Shown piece after piece: positions 60,446-64,000 of a stretch of 64,000 bases of DNA (the stretch's first letter is position 1; each line of letters starts with the position of its first letter). The DNA comes from Klebsormidium nitens (lineage: Eukaryota; Plantae; Klebsormidiophyceae). A program made the translations under genes and the position numbers. Under the pieces are notes generated by a model. The model was not told the DNA's origin. It did no database searches and saw nothing but the letters and a program-made list of their open reading frames with translations. Location of the stretch: NCBI GenBank assembly GCA_000708835.1, contig DF237461.1, positions 1-64,000 of the forward strand. Reading direction: 5' to 3'.

Positions 60446-63400
60446 CTACATGCTGGCCGTAAGAGACTGCGACGCAACCAGCCAGGGGATCGGGTCCTTG
60501 CTCATATCTCCCGGCAGCGACCCGGACCCCAGTCCGCTGCCCGCCCTTCCGCCCGTTGTGACGAAGGAACCGGACCCAGTCGACCCGTCGGACAGCGAGA
60601 TGCTCCCGTCCCACTCGTTTTTCGCCAGCTGGAGCCCCACTTGCGCCATGTCGGGCCGTGCCGACGGCCGCCTCTGCGTGCACGCGAGCGCTACGCGGAT
60701 ACACAACATCGCCTCCTGTGCATCGAACTCGCCCCTAAGTGCCGGGTCGAGGAGCTCTAACTCTCTATCCTGTTTGTACAGCTCCGCGGCGACTTCGGAC
60801 AGGACCTCGACGGACCCGTCCGGGTGGTGTTGGACGACCATGCGTCCGCTGACGAGCTCGAGCAACAGAATGCCGAAACTGTACACGTCGCACTTGGGCG
60901 TCAGGTACTGGGGCCCCCCGTGCAGGTACTCCGGGGCCATGTACGGGACGGTACCCTTGACCATGGTCGAGGTGTTGGCGCCCGCGTCGAGGACGAGGTG
61001 CGCGAGGCCGAAGTCCGCAATGCACGCCTGAAGAAAAGGGTACTTTCAATCGATGACAACGTTTATTTCCGGTAAGGGTTTCGACAGGGAAAGGTGGGTT
61101 ACACATGGGGTCTAGGGTGGCCTGGGGTACGGTGCATGTCATTTCCTGCTCAGAAGCTAGAGAAGGTTGACGAAGGGTCTCCTCTGCGTCATTCCCATCA
61201 CTGCCTTGTTACAAGTACAGTGTATGATCGTACCTGGAGGCCCCCCTCGCGGTCGATCAGCAGGATGTTGGCGCTCTTGATGTCGCGGTGCAGCATCGGC
61301 GGGCGGATGTCATTGTGCAGGTACGCGAGCCCGCGCGCCACGTCGCGCGCGATGCTCAGGCGCTCCGCCCAACTGAGCGGCGGCGCGTCGGGCTTCACCT
61401 TGTGCAGGTTTTCTCCCAAACTCCCGAGAGTAAAATATTCAAAAACGAGCAAACTCTGCCCCTCCTCGGTACAAACCCCCAGGAGCGGTACCAGGTTCCG
61501 GTGCCGCACGTTCCCGAGCGCCTCCACCTCCGCGCGCCACGCGCGGTCCTCAAAGTCGTGCCGCCCGGGGAGCTTCTCCAGGCGCTTCACGGCGACCGTG
61601 GTGCCGTCCGGCAGGAGTGCCACGTGGACCACTCCGAAGGAGCCACGCCCGATGACGCTCTCCTCGCTGAAGTCGGCCGTCGCGGCACGCAGTGTGGCGA
61701 GCGAGTAGGGCCCCCCCGAGGGTGACAGAGGTCCGGGCCCCCAGGACTTGTAGGATTGAGCCCCGGAGAACGCGGGAGTGGGGTTCTCCTCGTCAAAGCT
61801 CTTGGGGATAGCTTTTAGGCGCCTCTGCCAAAAGCAGAACAGCAGGAGGGACAGCACGCAAACGGCGACGAGGATGCCCCCCCCAACGCCGCCGACTATG
61901 GCGGCGATTTCGGTGCGTGAGGGTGAGTTGGAGGAAGAGGAGGACGCGGAACTCAGTGCTGCTGGGGGCGGGGGAGCCGGCGGGCCTGAATAAAACAAAG
62001 ACTTTAGAATCAGGATTCAAGCCTGCTAACCACTTTAGTTTTGGAGCCTGAAAAGAAATAGAGCAGCCCCAAAGACGGTTTGGTAGGCTCTCCGGGTTGG
62101 TGAAACCGAATTTGGCGAAGGAAAGTCGAGACGTGGGGCCAGGAGTGGTTTGCACAGACAGGTACAGAAGGATGTGAAGAGAAGGGACTCTCATAGGCTC
62201 CTTAGCGGGGATGACTGCGGATCCAACTAATGTAGATATTTGTGTCACATGGGAAGCGTATGGAGAATCAGAGAAAAGGGCGAAAACGTGCTAGGGAGAG
62301 AGTGAATTTGATTCGTCACTACAGACATACAATCGGAAGCAGACCGGTGTTGGTCTTGTGCGCTGTGTCCTGTCCATTTTGTTGCAAAAAAAACTCCGCT
62401 CTGTCAAGCACTGGTGTCTGCATTTTTTTGGTGTCTGCATCACTTAGTGGGGTCAGCAGATTGCAGAAATTAGCAGAGAGAGTAAAAACTGCCAAGGGGT
62501 GATCTAAAAATCTGCTCGCTCGAGGGTCAGCTTTTGGCCTTTCGGAAACTAGGCTACTCAAAACTTAGCGGGTAACAAAGGCTCTGGCTCATGGAAGCCC
62601 CTACCCTGGAAACGGCATGGGCAAGACTTTATTTTCATGTGTCCTGTACTGTAGAGCTGACAAACTCTTGGGGCCGGCTCGAGCAGTCTGCTTGTGATTC
62701 TTACCTGGGCAGGTATTGAAGGAGTTCGGGTTTGGTGGGTCTGCATTGGAAAAGGAAAGGGCACATCAGCATCGAACGACCTAAGAGCACTTGAAGCAGC
62801 CACAAGCCCATACTTAAGCAAGAAGGAAAAGAACAAGGCCGCTTGTAAACAGATGGCGTGTTTCTTAGGACAGGCAAAGCACGCTAACAGACGAGATCAA
62901 CTGTCATTGTTGATCACGAGTTTGTCATTCTGGATCTCCTGGTCTTTGTTGACCAGAGACTTTGAGAGTACTAAAGTTCCATCTACGATTCAAAAAAGGC
63001 CCCAAGTGCACATCCTTTCCGGGCACTGGCCTGCAGGAATGCTCTCCACAGCAATGCCAAGAGCAGAGTCCATGCAGCACACAAAAGCTTTACTCACAAT
63101 CTACGTTCAATCTCAGATATTCAAACTGTTCGTTAGGCAAATCATCTTCAAGCAGCGGCATGGAGGCAACAAAGTCAGCTCACCCGTTCCTTGACAAAAC
63201 GTTACTGAGTCCAAGCATGGTCCGCCATTCCCCACTTGACTGTCCGATGCAAATCGGATCGTGGTGTTTTTGCCGAAGGCCACAACCGGCTGGCTCTTGA
63301 GCTTGTAATTCATGGAGAGAACTGTGCTGTCACTGACGTCAAACTTAAACTGCTGGGATTGAATCACAGTGACGACTCCCGGCACGGAAGTGTCCAGGAT

Positions 63401-63511
63401 TGACATGTTGAGTACTTTGATTGGAGGCCCGTTTGAGGGGGATTGGAAGGGGTTGCCAGCCAGTGCGAAACTGAGGGTATACGAGGCTCCCGGAACGGTG
63501 GTCACCGATTG
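60446..63511 (-). CDS. Receptor-like Ser/Thr kinase (RD type, RLK/Pelle-like) with DUF642/choice-of-anchor-C-like ectodomain; 5' exons unresolved or outside window. Exons 63511-63184, 62740-62705, 61985-61234, 61027-60446
   Basis: Ectodomain QSVTTVPGASYTLSFALAGNP...QFKFDV...TTIRFASDSQ...GPCLDSV, Pro/Ser stalk, TM IAAIVGGVGGGILVAVCVLSLLLFCFW. Kinase GRGSFG, VAVKRL, RHRNLVPLLG, LAYLHND..PPMLHRDIKSANILL, ADFGLA, GTVPYMAPEY, DVYSFGILLLELVSGR. Confidence 0.92.
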
Positions 63512-64000
63512 CTGCAAATCGATGAAACAGGAGCGCATTACGCACAGAACAGAGAACTTCAATATAGCTTGAGGAGAAAGGGCAGAAGGAAATCTAAGCA
63601 GGCACGGCTGGGAAGAGCAGAGCCCTTACTAGGCATGACAAACAAGCGACAAATGATAATTCATCGTTCAGCCTGACAAAGTCTTATTCCAGCCCAGGTC
63701 CGGAATCAACCAAAAGCTTGTGGGTTGACCCCAGTAAGGCACCCTGGGTGGCAGGGAACACCTTTGACGTTGAAACCAGGATCTCAATCTGCATACCAGA
63801 AAGATGCTGGAAAGAGCTAGCATGACACGCAAATATAGCTCACTCTTCTCCCCGTCTTACTGCAGTCAGGTGAGGACTCTTGTGAAAGTTGATCCGCTTC
63901 TCAACTATTCGATATGCTGAGAGTGAGAACTCTTGTATGTAAGGGAATCCTTCTACAAACTGGCCCAGCCTACCCGAAAAAAACGTGGGGTACATATATC

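Noticed and set aside
63560-64000. Possible further RLK exons (e.g. IEILVSTSKVFPATQG near 63790-63740)
   Set aside because: Several frames are plausible and I could not find a unique phase-consistent splice path, so the 5' end is left unresolved.
1-64000. tRNA, rRNA, snRNA or CRISPR-like arrays
   Set aside because: GTTCGA-like words (e.g. 4219, 29080) lack cloverleaf context. The periodic arrays in RpoT and CYP40 derive from exon edges and have no unique spacers, so they are not CRISPR.

Overview
Intron-rich eukaryotic nuclear DNA with GT-AG introns and GC3-rich exons. The gene set and style suggest a streptophyte green alga such as Klebsormidium; that is an inference. I reconstructed 12 spliced protein-coding genes by hand, checking phase at every junction: a kelch-repeat protein (5'-partial, +), a head-to-head pair of unrecognised 6-Cys GPI-anchor-like paralogues (-/+), TRAPPC5 (-), plastid LepA (+), GDPD (-), STIC2/YbaB (-), an HDDC2-like HD hydrolase (-), a VOC/glyoxalase-like protein (+), an unusually long phage-type RNA polymerase RpoT (-, about 1,590 aa), CYP40 (+), and a receptor-like kinase with a DUF642/choice-of-anchor-C-like ectodomain (-, 5'-partial). 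Non-genic features are a TTAA-flanked long-TIR element spanning an assembly gap and a 241-bp foldback element in RpoT intron 1. Main unexplained structure: (1) six splice junctions in the neighbouring RpoT and CYP40 genes are tandemly amplified into arrays of decayed exon-edge copies, mostly at 120-180 bp spacing, some with intact acceptors plus stop codons and one with third-codon-position-biased divergence; (2) CATG/TGCA/AGCT/CTAG palindrome-rich tracts sit between convergent 3' ends; (3) gene strands nearly alternate. I saw no tRNA, rRNA or CRISPR. Family assignments come from remembered motifs, not database searches, and all counts were made by eye.
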